The notes: generated from the letters alone by a model not told the origin. A DNA stretch of 64,000 nucleotides from an uncultured Terrimonas sp. (GCA_964450515.1 CAYVEI010000001.1:12885-76884); one strand, 5' to 3'; counted from the stretch's first letter, positions 30,599 through 41,343 are shown. A program made the numbers and translations.

Positions 30599-31257
30599 GT
30601 TTTTTGCTTATTATTATTGTATCCCTCTTTTATTTTATAAGCTTCGGACAAGGCTCTATTGTTTTAAGCGACAAACCATTCATTGTAAGCCACTTAAAAG
30701 ATACCACCATAGAAAACTGGCTGAACAGCAAGCCGGCATTTTCACCGCTTTCAACAGAAGAAAAAGAAGCGGTATACTGGGTAAATATGGTAAGAAGCGA
30801 TCCCCGGAAATTTTTGAACATTATTTTATACCCCTTCTTGGATCAATTTCCCGAAGTAAAAAGCAGTTATACCCGTTCCCTTATAGCCGAATTATTAGCT
30901 TTATCTCCTTTACCGCTGCTAACACCCTCAGACAAATTATACCAGGTAGCCGGTAGCCACGCCAAAGACCTGGGCTCAAATCAAATGACCATTTCACACA
31001 GTTCCTCTAAAGGACAATCATTCCAGGAGCGTCTAAATAGCTTTGGCTACTTTGAATGTGTTTCAGAAAATGTGTATGAAGGAAAAGAAAATGGCTTGTT
31101 GTCTGTTCTTTTCCTGCTCATAGATACAGGAGTAAAAAGCCTCGGACATCGTAAAAATATACTGGATCCCGGCATGAAAAGTATAGGATTGTCTTTTTAT
31201 CCGGTAAAGGGTAGCCCTGCTCATTTCTTTATGGTTCAGAACTTTTCCTGCAATTAA
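30592..31257 (+). CDS. CAP/SCP/PR1-like domain protein, secreted
   Basis: GTG start overlapping the ybeY stop. Has a signal peptide and the CAP motif GHRKNILDP. Confidence 0.6.
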   Translation: MKRFLLIIIVSLFYFISFGQGSIVLSDKPFIVSHLKDTTIENWLNSKPAFSPLSTEEKEAVYWVNMVRSDPRKFLNIILYPFLDQFPEVKSSYTRSLIAELLALSPLPLLTPSDKLYQVAGSHAKDLGSNQMTISHSSSKGQSFQERLNSFGYFECVSENVYEGKENGLLSVLFLLIDTGVKSLGHRKNILDPGMKSIGLSFYPVKGSPAHFFMVQNFSCN

Positions 31258-31263
31258 ACCATA

Positions 31264-31277
31264 GTTCCACGTGAAAC
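31264..31277. repeat. 14-nt word GTTCCACGTGAAAC, copy 2
   Basis: Exact match to 30585-30598. Confidence 0.8.
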
Positions 31278-31346
31278 AGTGTTATCATAAATCAATTGAT
31301 CCTAAATAAAAGGGTATTTTATTTTTCCCCTCCTTAATTTTGCCGC

Positions 31347-33215
31347 ATGTTTTCAACATATGATATTATTGTTGTGGGTGCGGGTCATGCAGGTTGTGAA
31401 GCCGCCGCTGCGGCTGCCAATATGGGCAGCAAAGTTTTACTGATTACCATGAACCTGCAAACCATTGCTCAAATGAGCTGCAACCCTGCTATGGGCGGAA
31501 TAGCAAAGGGGCAGATCGTGAGGGAAATTGATGCCTTAGGCGGATACTCCGGTATTGTTACCGATAACACCATGCTACAGTTCAGAATGCTGAACAAATC
31601 CAAGGGACCCGCAATGTGGAGTCCACGGGCTCAAAGCGACCGTATGCTCTTCTCCCAAAAATGGAGAACAATGCTGGAACAAACACCCAACATAGATTTT
31701 TACCAGGATATGGTTAAAAGCCTGCTCGTTAAAGATGAACGCTGCGTGGGTGTAGTTACCGGCATGGGACATGAAATAAAAGCTACCACGGTTGTGCTCA
31801 CCAATGGCACTTTTTTAAATGGTATCATTCATGTTGGTGAAAAAAGATTTGGCGGGGGAAGGGTAGCGGAAAAAGCTGCAACAGGTATAACCGAACAATT
31901 AGTAGCATTGGGGTTTGAAAGCGACAGGCTGAAAACAGGAACACCTCCCCGTGTAGATGGAAGAAGCCTTGATTACTCCAAAATGGAAGAACAGAAAGGA
32001 GATGAAACAATAAGCGGTTTTAGTTTTTTGCCCGTTCCTAAAATTACTCCCGAACAGCAAAAAAGCTGCTGGATCACTTATACCAACCAAACGGTACACG
32101 ATATACTCAAAACAGGGTTCGACAGAAGCCCCATGTATTCAGGAAGAATTGAAGGCGTAGGCCCCCGGTATTGCCCCAGCATAGAAGATAAAGTAAACCG
32201 CTTTGCAGACAAAGACCGGCACCAGATTTTTGTGGAACCCGAAGGCTGGAATACCATAGAAATATATGTAAACGGCTTTTCTACTTCCTTACCGGAAGAA
32301 GTGCAACTTAAAGCCATTCGCATGATCCCCGGCTTTGAAAAAGCTAAAATGTTTCGTCCGGGTTACGCCATAGAGTACGACTATTTTCCGCCTACACAGC
32401 TACATTATTCTTTAGAAACCAAACGTATAAAAAACCTCTTTTTTGCCGGGCAAATTAACGGTACCACGGGTTATGAAGAAGCTGCCTGCCAGGGGCTCAT
32501 GGCCGGAATGAACGCACATCTTGCCGCACAGCAAAAAGCACCCTTTATTCTTAAAAGAAGCGATGCTTATATTGGCGTGCTCATTGATGACCTCATTAGC
32601 AAAGGAACAGAGGAACCTTATCGTATGTTTACCAGCCGGGCAGAATTCAGGACCCTGCTTCGACAGGATAATGCCGATCTGCGACTCACTGAAAAATCAT
32701 ACGCGTTAGGATTAGCTTCCGGAGAAAGAATGAAAATTTTGGAAGAAAAAAGAGACGCTGTTATTAATATTACAAATATAATTAATTCATTATCGGTTGA
32801 GCCAAATGAAGTAAACGATTATCTTTCCGCTATTTCTACTTCACCCATCACCCAAAAACAAAAAGCAGCACAGTTGCTATTGCGTCCCGGTATCAGTTTA
32901 AATGAACTGCAGGGCGTCCTTCCAAAACTGTCGGAAGCCCTTGGCACCAGTACCCGGGAAGTATTGGAAGAAGCTGAAATTCAAATTAAGTATAATATTT
33001 ATATAGAAAAAGAAAAGGAGCTGGTTTCAAAAATGAGCAAATTAGAGGATCTGATGATCCCGGAAAACTTTAATTACAGCCATATTTCCGCCCTTTCTGC
33101 GGAAGCTAAGCAAAAGTTCCTTTCCATTAAGCCCAGAACGCTCGGTCAGGCCTCACGCATTTCAGGGGTCAATCCCAGCGATGTTCAAATTTTGATGGTA
33201 TATATGGGCAGGTAG
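31347..33215 (+). CDS. mnmG: tRNA uridine 5-carboxymethylaminomethyl modification enzyme MnmG (GidA)
   Basis: FAD motif VVGAGHAGCEAA. 622 aa with typical GidA conservation throughout. Confidence 0.95.
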   Translation: MFSTYDIIVVGAGHAGCEAAAAAANMGSKVLLITMNLQTIAQMSCNPAMGGIAKGQIVREIDALGGYSGIVTDNTMLQFRMLNKSKGPAMWSPRAQSDRMLFSQKWRTMLEQTPNIDFYQDMVKSLLVKDERCVGVVTGMGHEIKATTVVLTNGTFLNGIIHVGEKRFGGGRVAEKAATGITEQLVALGFESDRLKTGTPPRVDGRSLDYSKMEEQKGDETISGFSFLPVPKITPEQQKSCWITYTNQTVHDILKTGFDRSPMYSGRIEGVGPRYCPSIEDKVNRFADKDRHQIFVEPEGWNTIEIYVNGFSTSLPEEVQLKAIRMIPGFEKAKMFRPGYAIEYDYFPPTQLHYSLETKRIKNLFFAGQINGTTGYEEAACQGLMAGMNAHLAAQQKAPFILKRSDAYIGVLIDDLISKGTEEPYRMFTSRAEFRTLLRQDNADLRLTEKSYALGLASGERMKILEEKRDAVINITNIINSLSVEPNEVNDYLSAISTSPITQKQKAAQLLLRPGISLNELQGVLPKLSEALGTSTREVLEEAEIQIKYNIYIEKEKELVSKMSKLEDLMIPENFNYSHISALSAEAKQKFLSIKPRTLGQASRISGVNPSDVQILMVYMGR

Positions 33216-33238
33216 ATTTAAAGCGCTTAACGGGGCAT

Positions 33239-34249
33239 CTACAAGCCTAAGGAAGCACTTATCTCCAGCATTCGCCTAATTGGTTTTAACGCGGCAATCC
33301 TTAATTCTTCTTCCATCGTTAACTCCGGCAATTCATATTCCATACACAAATACAATTTTTCGAGTGTATTTAATTTCATGTGCGGACAATCATTGCAGGC
33401 ACAGCTGTTATCGGGTGGCGCAGGAATAAATAATTTTTCGGGTGAATTCTTTTGCATTTGGTGAAGGATGCCGGTTTCCGTGGCCACAATAAATTCCTTC
33501 GCTTCATTTTTTTCCGAAAACTTAAGCAGTTGTGTAGTGGATCCAATAAAATCTGCCAACTGCAGCACTACCGCTTCACATTCGGGATGAGCGATCACCT
33601 TAGCATCGGGGTACCGCACTTTTAATTTAGCGATCTTTTCCCTGCTAAAAATTTCATGCACCATGCAGGCGCCATCCCAGAGCACCATGTTCCTTCCTGA
33701 TTTTTTATTAATATAAGCCCCAAGGTTTCTGTCCGGCGCAAATATGATCTTTTGATCCTCCGGCAGGCTCTCTACAATTTGCCGCGCGTTAGAAGAAGTA
33801 CAAATAATATCACTCAACGCTTTTATACCTGCAGAACAGTTAATATAGGAAATAACAATATGTCCCGGGTGCTCATCCTTAAACTTTTTAAACAAAGGCG
33901 GCGGTGCCGAATCAGACAAGGAGCAGCCCGCTTTAAGATCAGGCAATAAAACTTTTTTATGGGGGTTTAAAATTTTTGCTGTTTCAGCCATGAAATGAAC
34001 CCCGGCAAAAACAATAATATCTGCAGTAGTTTTCTCTGCCTGCTGCGCCAGTCCCAAACTATCTCCTATATAATCCGCTACATCCTGTATATCTGCCTCC
34101 TGGTAATAATGCGCTAATATTACCGCATTCTTTTCGCGCTTTAATCTTTCTATCTCCTTAAACAAATCTAACCGGGGATCAATATCAACATCCAAAAAAC
34201 CAACCCGCCGAACATTTTGCTTTGCTTCTTCAATGTTAATTACTGCCAT
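33239..34249 (-). CDS. nadA: quinolinate synthase
   Basis: NadA-type segments [12 protein letters not shown] and AHPECE plus C-terminal Cys ligands. 336 aa. Confidence 0.9.
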   Translation of the reverse strand: MAVINIEEAKQNVRRVGFLDVDIDPRLDLFKEIERLKREKNAVILAHYYQEADIQDVADYIGDSLGLAQQAEKTTADIIVFAGVHFMAETAKILNPHKKVLLPDLKAGCSLSDSAPPPLFKKFKDEHPGHIVISYINCSAGIKALSDIICTSSNARQIVESLPEDQKIIFAPDRNLGAYINKKSGRNMVLWDGACMVHEIFSREKIAKLKVRYPDAKVIAHPECEAVVLQLADFIGSTTQLLKFSEKNEAKEFIVATETGILHQMQKNSPEKLFIPAPPDNSCACNDCPHMKLNTLEKLYLCMEYELPELTMEEELRIAALKPIRRMLEISASLGL

Positions 34250-34814
34250 AGTATTTAATAATAATTAATTATTTATTTAAAAGCCCTATTACTATTACGG
34301 CTGTGAATATGGGGAAACATTAGTAAACCCTTTTCTTGGCAAAGTTAAAACTAATACTTATACACTTTTCTTCACAGGCTGTTAACAGCAGATGAATAAG
34401 CAGCAATAAGTATTTTTAAGCATTATTAACAATGTTAAAAGATAATGGATGCGGAAAACTTTCTGATCAAAATGCAATAATATGCTGTGTATAAACTGTG
34501 GTGAAGTTCCTGTTATTAACCATTGTTCCGTACCCTGTATAAAGGGATGAGAATTCCAAAATAATCTGTTATCCGAAACAGCACATTAAAAAGGAAATAA
34601 AGCCGGGGTTTTCAACATAAAATGGATGCTACTCACAAACGGCTGTGGATTTTAATAAACGCTGCTGCACTATTTTTTGTTGCGGCTTTGCCTGTAAATA
34701 GATATGCACTTTTAGAAAGCAGTATGCTGCTGCTTTACGGTGGTTTTCCACAATTTGTTGATAAACGTATATTACCCTATTTTTGCCGTCCATAAAAAAT
34801 ACATTCAATATTAT
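34250..34814. other. 565-nt AT-rich non-coding region with a cluster of DnaA-box-like 9-mers
   Basis: A pure A/T run at 34252-34282. TGTGTATAA at 34486-34494 matches TGTGNATAA 9/9. Three 8/9 matches to TTATNCACA: TTATACACT (34358), TTCTTCACA (34368) and TTTTCCACA (34744). Three 7/9 matches at 34497, 34569 and 34644. Confidence 0.3.
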
Positions 34815-36938
34815 ATGTCTATTATTCAGACGATTCGCGACAAAGCTGCTGTTTTTGTGTTTGGGCTTATAGGGGTGAGTTTAATTGCTTTTATAGTTCA
34901 GGACGCTTTTGTAGGGGGAGGAAGCCACCTGTTTTCAGCGCCATCTTCCACGATCGGAAAAGTAAACGGTGTTAAAATTGAAAGGGAAGATTTTGATGAA
35001 AGAACAAGATCAATGGAAACCCAATACCAGTCGCAGGGCTACCGTGTAGATGAATCTATGCGCCAGGAAATTCAGAACCAGATATGGAACGGATTGATCA
35101 GCAAAGAGCTGATAACCCGTGAAGCGCAAAAGCTGGGTATAGATTTTACCTCGAAAGAGTTTACCGAATTATTATTCAGTGAAGATGCGCCCCAGGAGTT
35201 TAAACAGCAGTTTACCGATCCGCAAACGGGTGTATATAATATTGAAGCGGCGCGTAATGCGTTTAAAACCTTACAAAGGAGCAAGGATGCCGTTCAGTTG
35301 CGCCAGGTACATGATCAGCTTATTGATCCTATTGTGCTGAGCCAGATACAAAGAAAGCTGATGACCCTTTATACTAACGGCACTTATATACCCAAATGGT
35401 TAATTGAAAAACAAAATGCCGTAACGGGCCAGGTTGCCGATATTTCTTTTGTGGGCTTGTCGTATTCAACGGTTGCCGATTCGGCCGTAACGGTTACCGA
35501 TGCCGATATCAATGATTATATACAGAAACATAAGAACAATTTTAAGCAGGAAAGAAGCCGCAGCATTGCGTATGTATTATTTAATGCGGCGCCGAATAAA
35601 GAAGACAGCCTGAATTTGTGGAATAAAATGGAAGCGCTGAAAGCGCCTTTGGCCGAAGCGGAAGATCCCGGCGTTTTTGTTACAAGGCAGGGCACAAAGT
35701 CGGCCTTCTTTGACGGATACATGAGCAAAAGCCGGATACAGATACCGGTTAAGGATTCTTTGTTTGCTTTAGCTCCGGGTCAATTATATGGCCCCTATTA
35801 TGATGGCAACTCCATTGTTATTGCCCGCATGATAGGATCAAAAGTGCTGCCCGATTCCGTGAAAGCCCGTCATATATTAATAGCCACCATTGATCCGCAA
35901 ACCGGTCAGCCAACACTGGCCGACTCTGTTGCTAAAAAAAGAATAGATAGTATACGGCAGGCCATTGCCGGCGGCGCATCTTTTGAAATAATGGTTACCC
36001 AATATTCTGATGACCAGGGTTCAAAACCGGTATTTGGCAGTTTGGGTTATTTCCCCAACGGCCAAATGGTAAAAGCCTTTAATGATTTTTGCTTTGAAGG
36101 AAAAACAGGCGATAAAGGTGTTGTTAAAACAGAATACGGGTATCATTATATAGAGATTCAGGATCAGAAGAATTTTGAGCAGGCATATAAAATTGCCTAT
36201 TTGTCTAAACCAATAGAAGCCAGCGTGGAAACAGATCGTGCGGCTTCGGCTGCAGCCACGCAATTTGCTTCTCAAAGCCGTACCGCCAAAGCTTTTGATG
36301 AAACGGTGCAAAAGGAAAAGCTGAATAAGCGCCTGGCAGAAAATGTAAAAGAAATGGATTATCAGGTTATAGGCGTGGGAACATCCAGGGCATTCATTAA
36401 ATGGATATACAATAATAAACCCGGAACAGTTTCTGATCCCATATCGGTAGGCGATCAATATGTAGTGGCGCTTATTACCGGCGAAAAAGAAGAAGGACTG
36501 CAATCTGCGGCGGAAGCAAGAATTACGGTAGAGCCCCAGTTAAGGGATCAGAAGAAAGCAGCGCAGCTTGTTACAAAATTCGGCACTTATACTACGATTG
36601 ATGAAGCGGCAAAAAATACCAGCCAGGAGATACAGCAGGCAGACAGCATACGTTTTGCCGATAATTTTAAACCGGGCTTCGGCAATGAGCTGATCGTAAT
36701 AGGAGCCGCACTCAATAAAAATTACCAGTCAAAAGTATCGCCGCCGCTCGCCGGCAATACCGGAGTATACGTAGTGCAGGTAAAAAACATAGGCGCTTTA
36801 CCCAATGATGCGGCTAATGTGGAAGAACAGCGAAAAGCCGCGGCTATGCAAATGAGGCAAACCATGAGCTACTCGGTAATGCAGGCATTAAGAGATGCCG
36901 CCACTATAAAAGACACGCGGCTGAAGGCCGGGTATTAA
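34815..36938 (+). CDS. PpiD-like periplasmic chaperone / parvulin-type peptidyl-prolyl isomerase
   Basis: I prefer the start at MSIIQTIRDKAAVFVFGLIGVSLIAF (N-terminal TM anchor). SurA_N-like region and a parvulin segment VKARHILIA...GSLGYF. Confidence 0.7.
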   Translation: MSIIQTIRDKAAVFVFGLIGVSLIAFIVQDAFVGGGSHLFSAPSSTIGKVNGVKIEREDFDERTRSMETQYQSQGYRVDESMRQEIQNQIWNGLISKELITREAQKLGIDFTSKEFTELLFSEDAPQEFKQQFTDPQTGVYNIEAARNAFKTLQRSKDAVQLRQVHDQLIDPIVLSQIQRKLMTLYTNGTYIPKWLIEKQNAVTGQVADISFVGLSYSTVADSAVTVTDADINDYIQKHKNNFKQERSRSIAYVLFNAAPNKEDSLNLWNKMEALKAPLAEAEDPGVFVTRQGTKSAFFDGYMSKSRIQIPVKDSLFALAPGQLYGPYYDGNSIVIARMIGSKVLPDSVKARHILIATIDPQTGQPTLADSVAKKRIDSIRQAIAGGASFEIMVTQYSDDQGSKPVFGSLGYFPNGQMVKAFNDFCFEGKTGDKGVVKTEYGYHYIEIQDQKNFEQAYKIAYLSKPIEASVETDRAASAAATQFASQSRTAKAFDETVQKEKLNKRLAENVKEMDYQVIGVGTSRAFIKWIYNNKPGTVSDPISVGDQYVVALITGEKEEGLQSAAEARITVEPQLRDQKKAAQLVTKFGTYTTIDEAAKNTSQEIQQADSIRFADNFKPGFGNELIVIGAALNKNYQSKVSPPLAGNTGVYVVQVKNIGALPNDAANVEEQRKAAAMQMRQTMSYSVMQALRDAATIKDTRLKAGY

Positions 36939-36968
36939 AAAACAGGCATTAATTTTTTTTATAAAACG

Positions 36969-36998
36969 GGTTGCCGGCTTTAAGCGGCAACCTTTTTT
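36969..36998 (+). terminator. rho-independent terminator after the ppiD-like gene
   Basis: 8-bp stem GGTTGCCG / CGGCAACC with loop GCTTTAAG, followed by TTTTTT (36993-36998). Confidence 0.6.
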
Positions 36999-37018
36999 AT
37001 TTCGGTAACTTTGTATTT

Positions 37019-37540
37019 ATGACCGATACGATAATTAACAAAGTAGCCGAAAGCGGCATTGTTACCATAGATCTGGAAACCTACTATCCAAAAGTGGAAA
37101 CAGTGGTTTTTGATATTAAAGACTACCTGTTTAAGGGATTGATCTTAAAAGAAAAAGATTTCAGGGAAGCGTTAAAGCAAACCAACTGGCAACAGTACAG
37201 CGAAAAGTATATTGCCTTAACCAATACGGCAGATGCCATTATACCTATGTGGGCCTATATGCTTATTGTTTCTTATTTACAGCCCGTGGCAAAAGACGTG
37301 GTGTTTGGCAGCGAAAAAGATTTATTACAAACACTGATGCTAAATAATATTACAAATATTAATGCCGCGGATTACAATGGTAAAAGGATTGTTATTAAAG
37401 GATGCGGCGATGCGGTGCTGCCTGAAGCGGCCTATGCAGCCATTACGCAAAAGTTGCGCCCCGTAGTTAAAAGCCTTATGTATGGCGAACCCTGCAGTAC
37501 GGTGCCGGTGTATAAAGCGCCTTCGGTTAGGGCACAATAA
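37019..37540 (+). CDS. conserved hypothetical protein (possibly DUF2480-like)
   Basis: I prefer the ATG at 37019 (MTDTIINKVAESG...). The track's TTG start at 36971 overlaps the terminator hairpin. The family assignment is from memory only. Confidence 0.4.
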   Translation: MTDTIINKVAESGIVTIDLETYYPKVETVVFDIKDYLFKGLILKEKDFREALKQTNWQQYSEKYIALTNTADAIIPMWAYMLIVSYLQPVAKDVVFGSEKDLLQTLMLNNITNINAADYNGKRIVIKGCGDAVLPEAAYAAITQKLRPVVKSLMYGEPCSTVPVYKAPSVRAQ

Positions 37541-37648
37541 ACAGGGCTTGCTTAATACTTTTCCTATCTATTCTTTTGCTGCCACAAATACACGCGTTGA
37601 CGGCAAGTGCAGAATGACATACCATTGATCAAAAAATTGGATTTTGAA

Positions 37649-38095
37649 ATGAAAAAGGTGTATAACTCAAAAATTGGACTTGAATTGGTAATACCGCTTG
37701 TTCTTGTATTTGGGACAGTTTTGTTTTTGACTATAAGTGAAAAACCGGGTTGGATAGGAATTACAATTCTTTTATCAGCAATTCTATTTATTACTCATAT
37801 ATTTTTGACAACAAACTATACAATAGAGGGTGATAACCTAACCATCAGATCTGGTTTCTTGATTAATAAATCTATTGACATTAAAACGATTAAAAAAATT
37901 TCTGAAACAAACAATCCTATTAGTTCACCGGCAATTTCAATTGACAGACTTAAAATAACATATGGGAAGTTTGACACGGTAATAATATCACCAAAACTTA
38001 AAATGGAATTTATCAATGACATAACAGAATTAAACCCGAACGTTGAAGTTAAATTCAAGATGAAAAAAAGGGAGATACCGGACAAACTAAAATAA
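37649..38095 (+). CDS. small membrane protein with a bacterial PH-like domain
   Basis: Two TM helices, then EGDNLTIRSGFLINKSIDIKTIKKI...ISIDRLKITY, which resembles bPH modules. The gene is AT-rich: one 60-nt line (37681-37740) counted at 33% GC. Confidence 0.45.
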   Translation: MKKVYNSKIGLELVIPLVLVFGTVLFLTISEKPGWIGITILLSAILFITHIFLTTNYTIEGDNLTIRSGFLINKSIDIKTIKKISETNNPISSPAISIDRLKITYGKFDTVIISPKLKMEFINDITELNPNVEVKFKMKKREIPDKLK

Positions 38096-38118
38096 TAAAA
38101 CACCTGCCCTCAACACGC

Positions 38119-41100
38119 CTACTTTCTTTTGAGTTGCTCAAGGTATGCCACAACGTTTGCCAGTTGTTGCGCTCCCATGCCTTCTGCCAGCCCTTCGGGC
38201 ATCAGCGACTGATCATATTGCGTTTGAGAAGCAATATCCGTTTTCCTGTATTTTTCAATAATGCCGCCGATCATTTTAATGCTGATCTCATCTTCTGTCT
38301 GGCTGGCAATATAACCCGATACGGTGGCGCCCGTTTTCAGTTTAAATGCATAGCCTTCAAACCCGAAATTTATTCCGGAAGAAGGTTCGAGGATAGCGGT
38401 ATATAAAGCCTCCTTTGATAATTTTGAGCCAATTTCCGAAAGATCGGGGCCGAAAGCGATACCCTGTTCTTTTACCTGGTGGCAGGTACCGCAATAGGTG
38501 GCAAAAGCCACCGCGCCCGAATCGGCATTGCCCTGCATTGCCATGAGTTCTTCCAAAGGCGGCAGCGTATGCGTGGTTAACTGTATGGTAAGGTATTTGG
38601 CTGCTTCCTGTTTCAGGTCTTTACGATTTGTGTTTGTAAAGATGCCTGTTGCAGCCGGTTCAAGATCTTCGGGCAGTTTTTTGTTTTTTACCAGTTCAAG
38701 CAGGCTGGTTTCCCCCCGTCGTCCGGTAGCGAAGGCCTGTACCGCCTTTGTTCTTAATTCAACCGGGTTATGCTTACTGATAAAGAATTGTTCAAGCATA
38801 TTTCTTGAAGCATCGCTGCCTACTTTACCTAAAAGGCTTATCATATATTCCGGCGTATCATTTTTTTGCAGTAAAGCTTTGGTAATAAGCGGCTTCCCTC
38901 CGGATTCGAGCAGGAGCCGCAGGGCGTTTGCCTTAATAGCCTCATTACTGCCCTGGTTAGCCAGTTTCAAAAGTTCGGTGTTCTTATCCTTTAATCCGTA
39001 TTTTCTCACCAGGTCAATGTACAATTGTGTTTGAGCCACACTGTTCAACCCCTTTTCTATAGCCTGTTTTACTACGGTCGTACGCGGTGTTGCAGCGTCA
39101 AGCTGCAGGAGCGTAATGGCGTCAATATAGCCCTGCTGCGGGTGGCGCCCGTGCAGCAGGGATAATAATACTTTTTGTTTATTGCCGTTTTTATAAAAAT
39201 CAAAAGCACGAAAAAATTTCAGCTCCTGCCGGGGATCCCCGGCAGGATCACTAATGATCTTGGCCAATAAAGGCAATGAAGCGCCGGCTCTTGCCCGCCA
39301 TACAATATCTTTTCCGGCGGGTGTGTTCCAGTTGTTGTTTACCAATTGCAGCCATGCGTTAAAAAAGCGATCCCATTGCGCTTCGGCGGCAATGCCTAAG
39401 GCTTCAAGGTACCAGCGGTCTTTACCATCATATTGCTGCGCCAGTTGAGCCCAAACCGCCGGTGCTTCTGCGGAGCTGTTGCGGTGAAGGGCTAATACCG
39501 CCTCTCTTTTAACCTGTATATTTTCATCATGCAGTAATGTTTTTATTATGGTCACGGTGTCTGCATTTACCTGCAGCGCGGCTCTTAACGCGGTGATGCG
39601 GATGTTGGGATCCTTATCTTTTAATGCTTCTGCTATATAGTTAATACCCTTATCGGGAATTTTACTCAGCAGCCATAAGGCCCGTGCCCTGAAACGTGGA
39701 TTTTCTGAAGTGTATAATTTTTCCAAAGCAGGCGCTGCCGCTTCATCCATGCTGTTTATTTTTTGCCATGCTAAGTAACGGGTAGAGCGGTTAGGACTTT
39801 GTAAAGCGGTTACAGCACCTTCGGCGGAGGAAAGATCAATGGCGGGAATTTTATATCCTTTATGTTTTTTGGGTGTAACCCTGAAAACCCTTCCCCTCGC
39901 AAAGTCCTTTACCTGGTGGCTGCCCACACCGGGGTCGTACCAGTCGGAAATGAATAAAGATCCGTCGGGCGCTATACAAACATCTGAAGGACGGAACCAG
40001 TTATCGCCCGTACCTTCCACAATATTATTGATGGTAGCAGAATACCCGGCTCCCTGAGGAACAACGGCATAAGAACGCACTACATTGGGTCCTGCATCAC
40101 TATGGATCAGTTGCCCGCGGAATCGTTCGGGCAACAGGTTGCCTTCATACACCAGGATGCCTGTTGGGGAACCGGCTCCCGTTTGCAGCATATTGGGAAC
40201 CACGCCGGGATCGTTTAAATGCCAGTGCTGGTAAGGAATGGAATCTTCTATGTTAATGCGTCTTTCGGGCCAGGAGGCGCCGGTTATTTCATCTGTAAAT
40301 CCATAATTGCCATAGGGCATTACATAATTGATGCGTACGCCGCGGTTGCCATCATCATCGTTATCGGATTGCCACAGGGTGCCGTAGGAATCTTCGGTAA
40401 CCTCGTAAGGGTTACGAAAATTATTACCCAGCACTTCTACGTTTTTACCATCTGTATCACAGCGAAAAACCATGCCCTGGCGCCAGGGGTGGCCGCTGGC
40501 TGTAATTTCTCTTCCTGAAATATCTTTTACCGGGTTGCCGTATTTGTCTTTTAACCCTTTGCCCTCATTGCCAAAGTTAAAATACAGCTTACCGTCGGGA
40601 CCAAAATTAAAAGCATGTATGGCGTGGTCATGCTCCTGCCCGCTGATGCCCGTAAAAAGCGTATCTTTTTTATCGGCTACACCATCGTTATCTTCATCGG
40701 TAAAAACAAACACATTGGGGCTCCGGGAAACAATTACCGTATTGCCCAGCACCGCGATGCCTAATGCCGAGTTAATATCTTCTCCCTGGTAAAAAACGGT
40801 TTGCTTATCTGCCATCCCATCGCCGTTACTGTCTTCCAGTATTACGATCCGGTCTCCTTCTTTTTTGTAAGGATTATCGGGGTTGAGCGAATAGCGGTAA
40901 TTATAACCTTCGCATACCCACACACGGCCTTTCTCATCAATATCCATATTGGTAGGGTTTACCAGCATGGGCTCATGTGCAAATAAGCTGATCTGCAGGT
41001 CATCCGCTCCTTTCAAACCGTTTAATGCATTTTCCGGAAGATGCTTTTGCACTTCAGAAAGCGGACTGTTTTCTCTGTTCTTTTTCTCCGGCGATTGACA

Positions 41101-41193
41101 ACTTGCCAGCAGCAGGCTAAGCAAAAAAGCGGGATACAAAAAAGATATAATACCGGTTAATTGACGGAGCAACCTGGGAAAAACAAAGCTCAT
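38119..41193 (-). CDS. PVC-type haem-binding CxxCH protein (membrane-bound dehydrogenase-like beta-propeller + HEAT repeats + cytochrome c domain)
   Basis: 1024 aa with a lipoprotein-like signal (LLLASCQ). HEAT-like repeats in the middle and a C-terminal c-type haem motif CGTCHQV. Confidence 0.65.
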   Translation of the reverse strand: MSFVFPRLLRQLTGIISFLYPAFLLSLLLASCQSPEKKNRENSPLSEVQKHLPENALNGLKGADDLQISLFAHEPMLVNPTNMDIDEKGRVWVCEGYNYRYSLNPDNPYKKEGDRIVILEDSNGDGMADKQTVFYQGEDINSALGIAVLGNTVIVSRSPNVFVFTDEDNDGVADKKDTLFTGISGQEHDHAIHAFNFGPDGKLYFNFGNEGKGLKDKYGNPVKDISGREITASGHPWRQGMVFRCDTDGKNVEVLGNNFRNPYEVTEDSYGTLWQSDNDDDGNRGVRINYVMPYGNYGFTDEITGASWPERRINIEDSIPYQHWHLNDPGVVPNMLQTGAGSPTGILVYEGNLLPERFRGQLIHSDAGPNVVRSYAVVPQGAGYSATINNIVEGTGDNWFRPSDVCIAPDGSLFISDWYDPGVGSHQVKDFARGRVFRVTPKKHKGYKIPAIDLSSAEGAVTALQSPNRSTRYLAWQKINSMDEAAAPALEKLYTSENPRFRARALWLLSKIPDKGINYIAEALKDKDPNIRITALRAALQVNADTVTIIKTLLHDENIQVKREAVLALHRNSSAEAPAVWAQLAQQYDGKDRWYLEALGIAAEAQWDRFFNAWLQLVNNNWNTPAGKDIVWRARAGASLPLLAKIISDPAGDPRQELKFFRAFDFYKNGNKQKVLLSLLHGRHPQQGYIDAITLLQLDAATPRTTVVKQAIEKGLNSVAQTQLYIDLVRKYGLKDKNTELLKLANQGSNEAIKANALRLLLESGGKPLITKALLQKNDTPEYMISLLGKVGSDASRNMLEQFFISKHNPVELRTKAVQAFATGRRGETSLLELVKNKKLPEDLEPAATGIFTNTNRKDLKQEAAKYLTIQLTTHTLPPLEELMAMQGNADSGAVAFATYCGTCHQVKEQGIAFGPDLSEIGSKLSKEALYTAILEPSSGINFGFEGYAFKLKTGATVSGYIASQTEDEISIKMIGGIIEKYRKTDIASQTQYDQSLMPEGLAEGMGAQQLANVVAYLEQLKRK

Positions 41194-41343
41194 ATAAAAG
41201 AGGGTTTAAACGCTGAAAGTGGTACTTAAATCAATAAATATAAACATCTTTTACGAGTTTCCTTAAAAGGAGGAGCCCAACTACAAAGCTGTAATTGAGC
41301 TCCCTTTTAAACCTGCTTTCTTTAACCCCCTTCACTTATAGGC

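Noticed and set aside
36971-37018. TTG-start extension of the 37019 ORF
   Set aside because: The extension overlaps the ppiD terminator hairpin and its T-tract. The ATG at 37019 gives a sensible N-terminus.
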